Source of the DNA: the human T2T-CHM13v2.0 reference genome, Homo sapiens
DNA: 64,000 nucleotides
Reading direction: 5' to 3' (one strand)
Assembly: GCF_009914755.1 (NCBI RefSeq)
Contig: NC_060927.1
A program made the translations under genes and the position numbers. Each line of letters begins with the position of its first letter. Position 1 is the first letter of the stretch. Under the pieces are notes generated by a model, which ran no database searches, was not told where the DNA came from, and worked only from the letters and a program-made list of their open reading frames with translations. Positions 34,301 through 53,965 of this stretch are shown here, one piece after another.

Positions 34301-34770
34301 TTTGGGAGTTTTTAATTTGACATGGATTGGAGGAACCCATAGCTTTCCTTAATTTCCTTCTTTTGACCATATGTCAGGATGAATATGTTTTTCATCTATA
34401 GTGGTGAGTAAATTTAGGGAGGTGAGAAATTTTCCTTGATTAATATAGAGGCCTAAGCCTAATTTTAGCATTAAATGTCTCCCTAATAAGTTTGTTCCTG
34501 CCTCTGGAATTAACAGAAATTTAGTATTAGCTGAGTGGTTCTTATATTTGACCTCTGTTTCTTTTAAGATTTTTGCTTTAGATTTTTCTCCTTTTACTCC
34601 TGAGATAAGTTCTTGTGAACAAATTACACCAGAATGGGGGATGACAAACAGAGGAGTCAGCTGCCCCTGAGTCAATTAAAAAAGTTATAAGCTCAGGTTT
34701 GGGCCCCACCTCTATATTTATCAAGGGCTCTGGGTAGGACTCGAAATAAGAGACAGTGCCCCTGATCCCC
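31330..34770 (-). pseudogene. pol: Retroviral pro-pol remnant (PR, RT, RNase H, IN)
   Basis: PR FLIDSGA near 34670, RT LLQYMDDLL near 33800, RNase H IYTDSKYAFG/HVPGHQ (32526-32834), IN SIQVDYTEM...IDSDN (31779-32204); many stops and frameshifts. Confidence 0.92.
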
Positions 34771-36378
34771 CAGTCTTCCTCAAAGGCCTTAAGTAGGATG
34801 ACTTTATTTTCCTTTTCCCATTTGGGCCATTCTCTTTTGAAGTGTCCTATTCTCCCACATTTGGAACATTTATTTGGCCCTCTTTCAGTAATTTTGAGTT
34901 CCCTGGCTTTGCTCTTTTGTACCCTTTATGTGGCCTGGTGAGTGGAAGCTTAAGTTCTTTACAGGTTTTGGCCCCTTGGGTGCTTTGTTGTAGGATGGAC
35001 AGCATGATTTTTGCCTTTTGTTTCTGCTTTTTTTTCATCCCTTCATACATATGCTTTTTGAGCCTCCCTTAAAAGTTCCTCTGTAGGTCAATCTTTCCAG
35101 TTCTCTAATTTTGTAGTTTTTTTAAATAATGTCCGTCCAACTATTGGCGACCAAATGGAGCTTTAACATCCCTTATCCAAGGGGTTCTTCTAATTCTAGG
35201 CCAGCATATTTCTTCATTTGCTCCTTAAGCCTCTCTAAGAATTCCATAGGTCCTTCATCTTTTCCCTGTTGTATATTAAAGGCTTTGGTAATATTTTTAG
35301 TTTGAGGAACTGATTCCCGAATCCCTCTAATTACCATATCTCTGAGATCTCTCATATTTCCTTGATGGGCTATATTGTTGTTATCCCATTGAGGATCTTG
35401 GGCAGAGAACTTTTGTTCAGCTGCTGGGATGTTTTGACTGGGGGCGGGGTCAGGGGAGGTGCTCACATTCCCAAACCATCATAGTGGCCCTGCAGATCAT
35501 GCTTCTTTCCTCTCCCAAAAAGAGGGTGCCTAGAATGGACATTAATTCAGCCTAAGTATACAACTGGGGTCCTAGGAATTGATCAATTTGATCTGCTACT
35601 CCATAGGGATCATCTAAGAGTGGTTTGAGCTCTCTTTTTAGGTTTCAGACTTCTGAGCTGGTTAAGGGGGCATTTACAAAGCCAATGCCCCTTCCTTCTA
35701 GAGGCACTTCCCTGAAGGGAAAGAGTGTTGGAGCAGATTCTCTCAAGGTAGTGGGGAAAAGGAAGTTTTGGATATCTTTTTTACATTGTTCTATCTCACG
35801 TTGAAGTCTTCCTGGGGGCGGGCATTTAGGCTGGGGATGGCCCCAAGAGTCAGGATTATAAGGAGGGGAGGAAACAACATGAGAAGGGGAAGGGCTTGGG
35901 GTAGCTGCATTTGCTTGAGGGGGAGGGAAGTTAGAGGTGCTTAGTGGGAAAGGTGGTCTAAAGGGTCCCACTTGTTAGTGGACTTTTTTGGGGTTAGGGA
36001 TCTTAATTTCCTGAGGGGAAGTAGTTTCTGGCTTGTCTCCTGTAGCTTTTAGGGGATAGAGGAGGACAAGCCCTTGCCGCCAACACAGGGCATAGTCTGT
36101 TTCCTCCTGGGAGACAGGACTTTTGTTATTGACATATTCTATTAAAAGTTGACAAATCCAATCCTCATTGGACCCAACTTTGGCCAAAAAACTGAGGGTT
36201 TGAGGATAGGTTCTTGGGTCCAAATAAAACAATATTTTATTATTTGTTGCTTTTTCTTGTGTTTGGTCCTTTCATTATTCCTCCAGTAGTTTAACATGAG
36301 ACCTCAGGGGCTATTAGAGGGAACTTTATTGTCTGTCTTGTCCTTTTTATTTTCTATCTTGCTGGTGGTATTTCCCAT
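34770..36378 (-). pseudogene. gag: Retroviral gag remnant
   Basis: ATG GGA AAT (MGNTTSK, myristoylation-type start) at 36378, PPY late-domain-like motif (SSPPYNP), MHR QQGKDEGPMEFLERL, zinc knuckle CSKCGRIGHFKREW (last Cys lost). Confidence 0.9.
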
Positions 36379-38917
36379 CCTGGAAGTTTTAGGTGTTTCT
36401 TGAGGTTCCCTGAGTCAGCGGAGCTCAACCTCTCCTAATACAGATTTCTTGTACCCTTTCTCTAGAGCTCAACCCCCGCTACTGGAGGTTTCTTGCACTC
36501 CTTTGCTTTCACTTCATCCTTCTCCAGCTGCTTCCCTCATGGAATTTAGATCCCTCTTAGTATTGATGGGTCAGTATAAACCCCATGACAGGAAGGCCAC
36601 CTTAAGCCGTATGAGGTGACCACGGAACCATGGATCTGGACTCTACACTCACTTCACACTTAATTGTTCATCTCATTTACACACTTTCACCTCCAGGATG
36701 TCCCGACCACCAAGGAAATATTTCACCGCCCCCACAGATTCTCTTACCTTGGTCTGTGCTCAGAGTTACCTGGTTGCCACTGTATTTATTTGTAGACTTT
36801 TTCTTTCTCTGCATTGCTGAGAGTCCGGGTTTATTCGTCATGCCAGATGGGTCTCGATCCCTTACTCCTGAGGCAACTGTGACAAGGCAGCAGGATGTGT
36901 CTCCTCATGAGAGATGATCGGAGACCCTTCCCTGGAGGATAATGGAATCCCAGACAAGCCCCCAGATTGTTGGAGACAGGTGTTTGGTCCACAAAGAAGA
37001 GCCAGCACTTAGACCAAAAATTCTTCAGCAAGGCAACTTTACTTCTGCGGAAGGGTGCTGCTTGCATCTGATGCAATCGCAAGAGCACACCGAGTAGGCT
37101 AGGACAGGGGTTTTTATCCCTAATGCAGCTCCTGTTTCTGTGTCCTTTCCCAGTAACTGGAGTCAGACCGTACAATCTAAACTAACCTGATTGGCTATTG
37201 TTTGAAATTGAATAGAGCCAAGTAGGTGGGAAGGGAGAGGCTGTTCCTGTTACCAATTAGGTGGGAAGGGTTATTTACAGAACCAGAAAGAACAACGAAG
37301 TTTGATGAGAAACTTATTGTTTCTGGCATCATTTTGTTCATATATCCTTCTTCTGATTTCTCTTAGTTTTGTTTATCTTCTCCCTTAGCTATTAGTACAC
37401 CGTTAAGACAGTTGTTTTAAAGTCCTTTTCTAGTAAGCCTGATTCTGAGCTTTCTCAAGGATGGGTTCTTTAGCTTTTTTTGTTTCTTCTTTGAAGGGGC
37501 TGTGTTATGCTATGGTTTTTGTGTGGCTTTTTTAATTAAAAATTAAGCTTTTGATTATTATATGTGGTATCTCTGGGAAGTCTGATTCTTCTACTTCCCA
37601 GGGTTTTTTTTCTCCCTTTGTAATTGTTAAATGCTGTAGTAGTCCTTTACTTTTGAGACTTTTCCTGACTACGTTTACAAAGATGATTCCTTACCACATA
37701 TTATCTATAATGTCTGTTCCTATAGTTTATATGCATCTAGTGGTTTGACAGAGATTTTCCTGAATGCTTGGAACTCTTCCAGTCTTTGCAGATTGTCTCT
37801 GTGCTGGGGCAATCCTTCAGCATTTAGCTAGCCTTGCCCTGAGCCTGGGGTGAAAGCTTACAGTCTTCACAAGTCTTTTTTGAGCATGCATCTTGCCTGG
37901 GCATGACTATGGCTTTCTAAATTCCCTTATATACTTGACTGCTTTTGAACATCCTAATTTCCCAGTGAATCACATAATAGCTTCTGCTACATGCTTTTGT
38001 ATGGTATATTGTGTGTCTCCATTTGTAACCTTTTGCCTCAGGCTTCTGTAAGTCTGTAGTTAACTAGCCACTTTTAATGAGCATTCACTGTATTTCCTGC
38101 CTAAGTTTCAAGTTGGGCAAACCAGATAGGAACATCTTGCATAAATGTTTCAAGTATCTAACAGACAGCTTACAGTAGATGTACACAATGGTTTGCAATA
38201 AGATCTACTCTCCTTCCTCTGGTTCAAGGAAAAAAATTATCTGGATTTTTGCCACTTCAAGACCAAGACTGCTGCCATGCTAGAAAAGGGCTGGGGTAAG
38301 GTGAGAAAAAATGCCACAAAACTTTCTTACAATTTTGAAAATGGTTTTGTTTTTTATTGGGTATTTACCTGGTTGCTGTAAATCTTTGACTGTTTTCTAG
38401 AGCTCAGACAGAGTTGTTTCAGGTAGTTTCTGCTTAATTTTTTCACTGTTTCCCTGTGGAATAATAGCTTTGAAATACCTAATCCTACATTTTGCTGACA
38501 TCCATTTTGGTGGCATTTAATTACGTGGTACCAAATCATTGGCTGATGAAAAGCTGAACTTAGCTGGCTGCTGTGTCTGCTAGATGGGGCCTCTCTACCC
38601 CTGTGGGAAGGCAAAACTTGGCTGCTTGGCAACCACAGATCAAGTGCACTCTATTCCTGATCAGGGACAGTGAGAGCAGACCTGGGCAGTGGATCCCACA
38701 TGCCATGGCCTGGGTCAGCTCACGCTACTAACAGACAAGTGATGGCAGATGGCACTTTTTATTGAGCCAAGAGTCTCCATGGTCTGTATGTAGCCAAGCT
38801 AGCTCCTTAATAATGCATTTTTCGGGGCATTTTCCTTTTCTCTACTTAAACTTGTTTGAATAGACAGAAATTTTCATCTCTTTTCTGATTCCCTTCCTAA
38901 TGAATTTGGCAAAATTG

Positions 38918-39209
38918 GGCTGTGTGCAGTGGCTCATGCCTGTAATCCCAGCACTTTGGGAGGCTGAGCCAGGAGGATGGCTTGAGCTCAGTGAGACCAG
39001 CCTGGGTAATATAGTGAGACCCCATCTCTACAAAAACTCAGAAAAAATTAGGTTGGCATAGTGGTGTGTTCCTGTGGTCTCAGCTACTCAGGAGGCTGAG
39101 GCAAGAGGATCACTTGAGCCTGGGAGGCAGAGTTTGGAGTAAGCCAAGATCGTGCCACTGCACTCCAGCCTGCACAACAGAGTGAGACCCTGTCTCAAAA
39201 AAAAAAAAA
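38918..39209 (+). mobile_element. Alu (AluJ-like)
   Basis: Dimer with A tail; TSD tgaatttggcaaaat / tgaatttagtaaaat. Confidence 0.93.
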
Positions 39210-40845
39210 TGAATTTAGTAAAATATAGAAGGTTGAGAGTTGTTCAAGATCAAATTGTCTAACATTTTTGCTTTCATGGAATGATCACATTTGAAGCCTG
39301 GGGGTCCCTGTACTACCAGGGAACCCTTTGGTTACACTGCAGTGATCCATTGTGATGTATTTCTCCTTTAGTTGCCCTGGAGGGCTCAAGGATTGGATGT
39401 CTCAGTACCTCAGTCATAGAATCCGAAAAGTTTTCAGCTCCTTGAGATGTGTGCTCCATCTTCTGCAGGGTCTAGGCCGTTGACCTGCAGGTCTGCACAT
39501 TTATATCACATTTAGGGACACTGTAGGAATTCTTAGAAAATGGAAAGAAATCAGCTCCAACTGGATTTGCTCTCTTCACTCATGGCCATAAGAAATATTT
39601 TAATATCTTGTTTAAACTGAGAGAGAGCTGGAAACGTGAAAATGGGAGAATGGAAATCACAACATGCACGACCTGGAAAGCAAATGCTCCAAGTGAGGAC
39701 AGACCTAAGGATGCAGGTGCCTGTCACACATTGCAGGGAGAGGACATGCAGAGCCACTGTGAACTCAGGGGAGGCGCTAGGAAACTTCTCACCCCAGAGT
39801 AGAGACATTATAAAGTATGCAGTGGGCTTGGACTAATTTGATCTTGGTATCAGAAGGAAAGAGCTTGGTCTTGTCTACATGATGTGACCCTTCTGATTCC
39901 TCACACAGATGTGACAAGGGAAGTTGGAGAAAATTTTGAGCACAGCTCTCTCCAGATTGCTATTATCCAGGAGGGAATACAGTAAAATTAAGAGGCAGGT
40001 AAAATATTCCACTGGTGACTCCATGGTTCCATGCTCCCCAGTTGAATTTTGCCACCTTTCTACAGACACTACAATTGCAGGCCTACAGAGGGATGAGCTA
40101 AGGATATCTTTCCTTAAAACCATGCAGGTTCTTCACAGGTGAACTGAATCCCCTACTCATCCATCTGCGTAAATGCCTCTTTATTCTGCAGGTGTAGAAT
40201 CAGTGGGTGAGCTGGGCCCTAGGCAGGCTGTGGACTGAGACCAGTTGGTTCTAATAGCGAGGTTTTGGTGACCTCAGATTAGCCACCCAGCTCTAACCAT
40301 CACCCACAGCTCAGAGGATTGTTTCCTCGGTAGTGCAAGGGGATCTTTTCTGTTTTGTTTGGTATGTTTAATCCTTTAGTGACTCATAAAATTGGTGGAT
40401 TTTTTTCCTTGAGAGATACTCAATTTTAGGTTTCCATTCACTTCTCAAACTAAATGACTTTTATTTACTTTCTTTTTCAGTTCTCAAGGTCCATACTCTT
40501 ATGTTATCTAGTTATTTTAGATCCAGATATTACTAATTTCATATTCCTATTTATCAAGGAAGGGATAGGTTTTAACTCCAGAATTTTACTAAACGTACTT
40601 GCTTCTACTTCTCTCATCTTTATAAATCAATTCAAAGTATTATCTAAGAAGTGTCTTCTGTAGTTTGAGTAATTTAAAAATATATATATATAGGAATAAA
40701 TAATTTTAAATCATTTAGAAGGAAATTAGATTATTTATTCAAAACACTGGCTTATCAAGAGAGTATAACCTTACATTCCCACAAACTAACAATAATTTCT
40801 CATGAAGACACATCTTACCCCAGTTTTAATTTCACAAATTAATTA

Positions 40846-41126
40846 ATTAATTTATTTATTTGAGACAGGGTCTCATTTGTTGCCCAGGCTGGAGTGCAGT
40901 GGTCCATCACAGTTTACTGCAGCCTCAACCTCCTGGGCTCAAGCGATCCTCCCACCTCAGCCTCCTGAGTAGCTGGTACCACAGGCATGCTCCACCACAC
41001 CTGGCTAGTTTTTTGTATTGTTAGTAGACATGGGATTTTGCCATGTTGCTTGGGCTGGTCTGGAACTTCTGAGCTCAAGCAATCCCAGAGTGCTGGGATT
41101 ACAGGCATAAGCCACTGTGCTGGGCC
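40846..41126 (-). mobile_element. Alu (AluJ-like)
   Basis: Antisense dimer; TSD-like taatttcacaaatt / taacttctcaaatt. Confidence 0.93.
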
Positions 41127-44099
41127 TAACTTCTCAAATTTAAATTAATGGTGTCAGCACATAAGCATGTACTCTAGTGGCTAGAATATTTCAAATTAGA
41201 GACAGTGACTATGAGGTTGCAGTTGCTTTAAAAAATAAAACAAAGTGATGATAATGGTGATAATCCCTTTGTGGCTCCCAAAGGTGTAATCTCTCAAATT
41301 TATTGAGAAGATGATAGTGATGACAGTGATGAAGTTGACAATTATGATAATGCAAAGCCAAAGTATGCTCTTTCATGTATCTAAGGTACCTCGCTAAGTG
41401 CTGGATGTAAATCATAGTATTTGCACATCATCTCTACCCTGAGAGATATGCACAATTACACTGGTGCTGCAGATGTGAAGATAGACATGCCCCCCCTCCC
41501 TTCCATCACCCTGTAACCTGTCCACCCCCGTGGGCATAAGTGCCAAACTTGTGAGTTTGCTCCTTTCCTTATTTTCTCCACTGCTCTGCTGACCACTGGA
41601 TCAGGTGCATTGACCTGAGCATTCTTCACTAGTTGGTGGCCCATTTGATTATTCCATATATCACAGATTGTCCATGATTTGGTAACTACAGGTTGCAAAA
41701 TATCTATAGTGATTGCTTCCTTAATCAAGGTAGTAAAGGGAATCTTACCTATGTTACCTTTCTTCTGAAGGAAATTCAGCTTCACTGTCTGCTTTGAGAG
41801 ATTTTGATGGTGACTTTTCAAAGAAATGCTCAGATTGTTCTTTGACATTTCTTGCTCTGTGTATATTTTGTTTCTTAACCTGCGCACTTAGCTTTTCTCT
41901 TGTCTTCTTCAGTGTGGCCTCTCCAAATGTGACCTATCTCAGAATTTTCTTCCATGTTATTTTTCCTGTGATTTATGTCATTATCTTCTGAATCTCAAGT
42001 CTCTCAGAATAGCTTGCCTTCTCCCATGTGTCAAATGCAATTTTGGGGGTTTGGCTCATCGGGCAAGCCAGGTTTCAGCATCTGACACTCCTAAGAGCCA
42101 TATTTGAAGAAAGTCTCTTAGCTCATCCTGCTGATGGAAGGAGTTCCTTTTCTGTCCCCGTATCTCCTAAACCATGCTGTGCAAGTCAGGTGGTGAGCAT
42201 GATGTGGCACAGTGGGAGGATTCACACTGGGAGGATTTCTTTTAGCTCGTGTTTATGCAATATTCACATGCTTAAGGATGTTTTCTAATAAAAATGATCT
42301 ATTAGCACAGAAGTAGCTATGTACCTTTTCTTATAATACATACAAGTATAAAGCATATAGAGGTGGGATGTGTGCTTCACAGATTCAGTTGTGTATGATC
42401 CGCACAACGTGGAGACAGCTGGACGATTAGAGCTGAGTTTTCTGTTTTCCTGGTATTCCATGGGCACCACTCCATAAGTGGATGATCATGAATGTATCCC
42501 ATGTGTCACTTTCCAATACTCTAGAAAAAGTTTTCCGGCTCTAACTGGGGAAATTCTCTTATAGAGAAATATAATTTCCCATTGGTTTTAAAGCAATGAT
42601 CCACATAAAACATGATTTCTTAAATGTTACTGCAATTCAAGGCACCTGAACACTTCTGCCTTTTCTGTATACATTTATATTGACAGGATTGTACACATTT
42701 GTATTGGCAGGACACAAACTGAGTTCTGTGTCCTCAGTTTACAAATGATTAAAACCTACTACTTAGCCAGTTTTACAATGGTATGTATTTTATTTTTAAA
42801 ACTGAAATAAACTGGATTGAAATAAAGCTTGTGTTTTCCAGAAATGATATGATAGAAGGGAAATTCATAATTATTTTGTTTTATATTTTTGAAACATCTT
42901 TTAGATGTTATATATTTAATATTGTTCCTTTTAAAGCATTTCCAGTATCAAGATATCTGTATATATCTTATAACTTACATGAAATAGAGCTACAGAAATG
43001 GGTATATGCCATTTATAAGCACACAGAAGACAAGAAACCATTTAGTGCTGTGTGCTTAATTGGTGGGACCCATGAAGCTTGGGGACTACTGGGACATTAG
43101 ATTAATATTTTCTGTTGTTTCTCCTGGGCACATCAAGGGAGCAAATCCAAATTTTCTAAATGTGTGAATGGAGAGAACTTTTTTACTAAATTGATTAAAA
43201 ATTCAGAAAAGATTAACCTTTGCTAATGCTACTCTATGGAATTTATATTTTAGATAATGAAACTTTTCCATAGGTTTCAGACCAAATATCTAGGCTCAGA
43301 ATACATAAATTTTCATGGCTTCTTAGCATTTCTGCCCTTCCTTAATAAGTTATAAAACCCACTGCTCTAAGTAGTTATGAAAATAATTTAGCCTTACACA
43401 CTAGGTTTTCAGATGATAAAATTGTAGCAATATGTTACTGGTCCCATTTTGCATGTTATGTACTCCGTATCTATACACCTTGAATTAAAACTCATTGAAA
43501 GTAAGTACCAGCATACCATAGGGAAATACTCCATGAATAGGTCTCTACTAAATTCTCTAGTGTAATTTTTACAGTTAGGACCCCTACTTTGGAAAAATAT
43601 CATTGCTTACTCAAAGAAGACATGAAAGCCTGGATTTCTGTGGAGAATCTCTCTCAGGTTAAGGGTGGATACCTGTTTTCTAATTAAAATACTAAAAAAG
43701 AGTGACCCCAAATCTATTTGAATTGTGCTTATATTTTCCACCTTGATTTTTACATGCCTAACATTGGAAAGAAAAGAAATTTTGGAATGTGGTCCAGCTA
43801 ATACTTGATAACTCTACTCACTTAGGCTAGATTTTTGTGGCATGATAATAAAACATATGTAAAATGAATTTTAGAGGATTCAGAGAACTAAAATTTCATC
43901 AGAGACCTACAACCAGAGTTTGTTAAACAGAGTCTGCTATTTCAATGGTAGTTTTTCCTCTCTCATTTAGACAGGGATACTTGAGGAAATCTTTCAGAGA
44001 CTTGCGTTAGCTTCCCAAGCCATGTATATGAGGAACCATACAATAAAAACAATAGCTAACATTTCTATTAAGATCATTATGTATCAGAAAAGTTTCCAT

Positions 44100-48590
<4,491 letters not shown>

Positions 48591-48635
48591 CTCAGATTTT
48601 ATGTTTCTGTTAAAAAAAAAAAAAAATGTCACTGG

Positions 48636-49059
<424 letters not shown>

Positions 49060-49292
49060 TCATAACAATATTAAGTCTATTTACGATCACAGGATGTTTT
49101 CTCATTTATTTATGTTTTCTGTCAGCAGTGTTTTGTGTAGAAAGTCTTTTGTGCACAAGTCTTTTGCCTTTGTGGTTAAGTTTATTCCTAAGCATTTCAT
49201 TCTTTTTGATGCAGTTGTAAAGATAATTGTTTTTGTTTCCTTTTGGGATTGTTTATTGTTGTCTTTGCCCATTTTTAATTTTTTAAATTTAA

Positions 49293-49585
<293 letters not shown>

Positions 49586-49728
49586 TCTTTGCATATTTCT
49601 GATTGGGTTGTCTTTTTATTGTTGAGTTGTAAAAGTTCTTTATATATTCTGGATACAAGTCAAGAGATGTGATATAAAGATTCTTACATGGTATTTTTTC
49701 CTGTTGTGGAGATGGTAGTAATAATTTG

Positions 49729-49875
49729 AGGGATAGCATTAGGAGGTATACCTAATGCTAAATGATGAGTTAATGGGTGCAGCACACCAACATGGCACAT
49801 GTATACATATGTAACAAACCTGCACGTTGTGCATGTGTACCCTAAAACTTAAAGTATAATAATAAAATAAAAAAT
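49729..49875 (+). mobile_element. Very short 5'-truncated L1PA 3' end
   Basis: agggatagcattaggag...cctaaaacttaaagtataataataaa; exact TSD taataatttg at 49719-49728 and 49876-49885. Confidence 0.93.
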
Positions 49876-50292
49876 TAATAATTTGCAAAAAGGCTTAAAT
49901 GCAATAAGTCTTAGCTTAACAATAGCTAAAAATAGTTTCTCTGTGTTTTAGAAGTTGGGAATGCTTCTCTTAGAATATAATGCTCATACTACTGTTAATG
50001 GGAGTAGACAGCAAAATAAATTACTCACACTGAAGAAATCAAAGCATGCTTTAAGATAAATATGGATCTTAATATAAATAGCATTTACTTTCATTATAAC
50101 CAACATTCAAAATATGACTAAAAATGCCATCTGAGATACCAAAATAGAGGACAGCCAGCCAATGCACTAATGATAATGTCATTTGGGATCACTGATTAGT
50201 GAGACAGCTCTCTATATGACAGTTTTTTTACTTAAAGCTTTTGAGCTCTTAATTTATACAAGATTATGGCAAGTTTTAAAAATCTGTTTTTC

Positions 50293-50902
<610 letters not shown>

Positions 50903-52692
50903 GTTTTCCAAATACTCAACAAAATTAAAAGTAGAAAATTAGAGACATGAAGGAAAATGGCTGATAGGCTGATGAAGCATGATAAGGAATATGGAAGGGC
51001 AGGACAGAGAAACTATAAGAGGGGCAGTTATGGGAGTTATTTGGTGTTGGGTAGGACAGCCCTGGCTGGCTCCATTTTCTCGAGGACTTCATTGTAGTAT
51101 AACAGGAAGCAGTAATTTCTTGATGGATCAGCTTCATTGTTACAGATGTCAAAGACTAAATTGGATTTAAGAAGCCATGAGTCTGCAATAACTCAGGAAT
51201 TTCTCTAAAGTTGTTTAAAAGAAAAATGTTTGGATGCTTACATTTAGAAACTCTCATGCAATAGAATCTTTTACGGCCAGGGCTTTGCTATAATTATTTT
51301 TCAGTAGTATTCCTAATGTTGAAAAAAGATTTTTAATTTCTATACTATGAGTAAAGATATTGAATTAGAGTTGCAATTTCATACATACCCTTTGTTTCTT
51401 TCCTTTGAAATTCAGAGAAAGGCAATATAATTTTGTATTTAAAGGATTTTGATTTCTTAATTTTAATTTTTAGTATTTTTATCTAAATGAAAACCAAGAT
51501 GCTGCTCTTTATTACTTTCCAATTGGCCTTGAGAACTAAAATATTCTCACTTATTCTGTAGTTACAAAACAATGTCTACTTGTCAGGCATCTTTTAGGTC
51601 AGTGTCTCAACTTGCTTCTGCATTTAAAGTGAACCCTCCTTATCAGTGAACAAGCAAATCAACATATAACATCTTCCATTAGGCACTGTTTTATGGAATG
51701 TGGGGACATGTAGAACATATTAGCTGTGGTTTCTGCCCTTTAATAATTTGTGATTTAATTGGGAGGATGAGGTACTGTCTTTGACCATGTCCCATCATTT
51801 TAATTGTAACACGATGAGAACTCAGAACTGAAGTTTTCTTGACAGACTGGAATGAAAGGTTAACCTGACAAGTTGACATTTAATAAGGACAATCATCAAG
51901 ACATGCTCTAAGGCACTTCCAAAATCCAAACTGCACAAGGACGAAGGTCTAATTGACTTTAGAAGTAATATGATTTGTCAGTTGATGTGGTCCTAGCCTG
52001 GGAAATAGAAGTAGAGACTTAATTGTGTGATTCTGCTCTAATGAGATCACCTTATCCACATATAATATCATTTGTGGATAGTGTTAAATGGGTTATTGGC
52101 AGACTACAGGAAGTGCATTGAGCAACTCACCAAGACCATAGGTAGACCAGAAACCATGTCACAGGGTAATGTACAAAGAGACAGGAAATGTTTGACCCCA
52201 AAAACAAAGAAATAGCCAGGCACAATGAAATCATACTCAAGTACCTAAGGAGCTGTTATTTGGGAGGAGGGATGATTTTATTTGTGGCAGAACCAGGGCC
52301 ACTTGATGGCCCAGGTGACGGAGTAGCAGGGCGTTTGTCTTTGGGTCCAGTGTATTGTAATAATGGCTTGGGTTGCCTTGAAAGATACAGTAAGTTTCTT
52401 AAGACTGGAGGTATTTGGGGAAAGTATAGACTGTTACTTGTAAGATATTTTCTTCTTCTATATCTCATTTATCTTTTTATTTTGAAAAATTTCTAACCTA
52501 TAGGGAAGTTTCAAGAATAATACATACTTGTATGTCCTTCACTTACATTTGCCAAGTATTGACATTTTGCCACATCTGGTTTAGACTTCTACATATTATT
52601 TGATGTTATTTATTTACTTTTAATTTTTTGTTGAGCTATTTGAGAATAATTTGCAGATACAGTGATGCTTTACCCCTAAATACTTCAGATCT

Positions 52693-53004
<312 letters not shown>

Positions 53005-53264
53005 TTAAGAACAAAACAAGGATTATTTTCTTACATAATCGCAATATAATTATCAATTTCAGGATATTAACATTAATATTACATGATATACATTTTATAT
53101 ACAGATTTAGCCAGTTGTCCAAATAATGTTGCTTGTAAATTTTTTCCTTCAATCTGGGATCTAATTCAGAACCCCACATTGTATTTAATCATCTCTTTAG
53201 TCTCTTTTTATCTGAAACAATTCCTCAGCCTTTGTTTTTGTTTTTCTTGATACTGCCATTTATT

Positions 53265-53596
53265 TTAATTTTTATTTATTTATTTATTTATTTATTTATT
53301 TTGCAGACAGAGTCTTGCCCTGTTGCCCAGGCTGGAGTATAGTAGTGCAGTGGTGTGATCATAGCTCACTGTAACTTCGACCACCTGGGCTCAAACAATC
53401 CTTCTTCCTCTGCCTCCCAAGTAGCTGGGACTACAGGTATGTGGCACCACACCTCGCTAATGTTATTTTATTTTTCTGGAGAGACAGAGTTTCACTATGT
53501 TCCCCAGACTAGTCTCGAACTCCTGGCCTCAACTGATTTGCACACCTTGGCCTCCCAAAGTGTGGAGATTACAGGCATGAACCACCACACCCAGCC
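53265..53596 (-). mobile_element. Alu (AluJ-like) with (TTTA)n tail
   Basis: Antisense dimer; TSD atactgccattt / atactgacattt. Confidence 0.93.
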
Positions 53597-53965
53597 AATA
53601 CTGACATTTTTTAAGAGGAAAGCAGTTGTGGAATTGTTTGTAGAATGTCCCTTGATTTTGGTTTTTCTCTTTTCATATGATTAGGTTCAGGATATGTATG
53701 TCTGGCGGGAATATTATGTAGATGAAGTCGTATCCCATACTAGTGTATCACATTAGGGAGCACATAATGTCTGTTTTATTGGTGATGTTAACTCTGATCA
53801 CTTTGTGGTATACTGTAAGGCATCTTTTCCCTTTGTAATGAATAAATGTGTGGGAAGAAAAGTTGAGACAATGTCAATATCCTGTTTACCAATAAACTTC
53901 TAGTCAGTAGTTTCAGCTTGGTAATATTTGCCCTAATTATGTTCAAGAACAGAGCAGGACCCAGG

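Larger units (their letters stand above)
29025..37328 (-). mobile_element. Full-length HERV-IP-type provirus (LTR10-family LTRs), 8.3 kb, all genes disrupted
   Basis: LTRs 29025-29383 and 36968-37328, exact TSD tcat (29021-29024, 37329-37332), tRNA-Pro-type PBS TGGGGGCTTGTCTGGGAT next to the 5' LTR, PPT aaagaggggggatat next to the 3' LTR, gag-pro-pol-env order. Confidence 0.92.
28940..38505 (-). mobile_element. Old L1M ORF1/5' region, split by the HERV-IP provirus
   Basis: ttgatattctcat|tttgttcatat joins across the provirus; antisense ORF1/5'UTR-like sequence continues to ~38500. Confidence 0.6.

Noticed and set aside
41456-41887. 143-aa minus-strand ORF in low-repeat DNA
   Set aside because: Non-ATG start, no recognisable domain; at most faint similarity to decayed LINE sequence.
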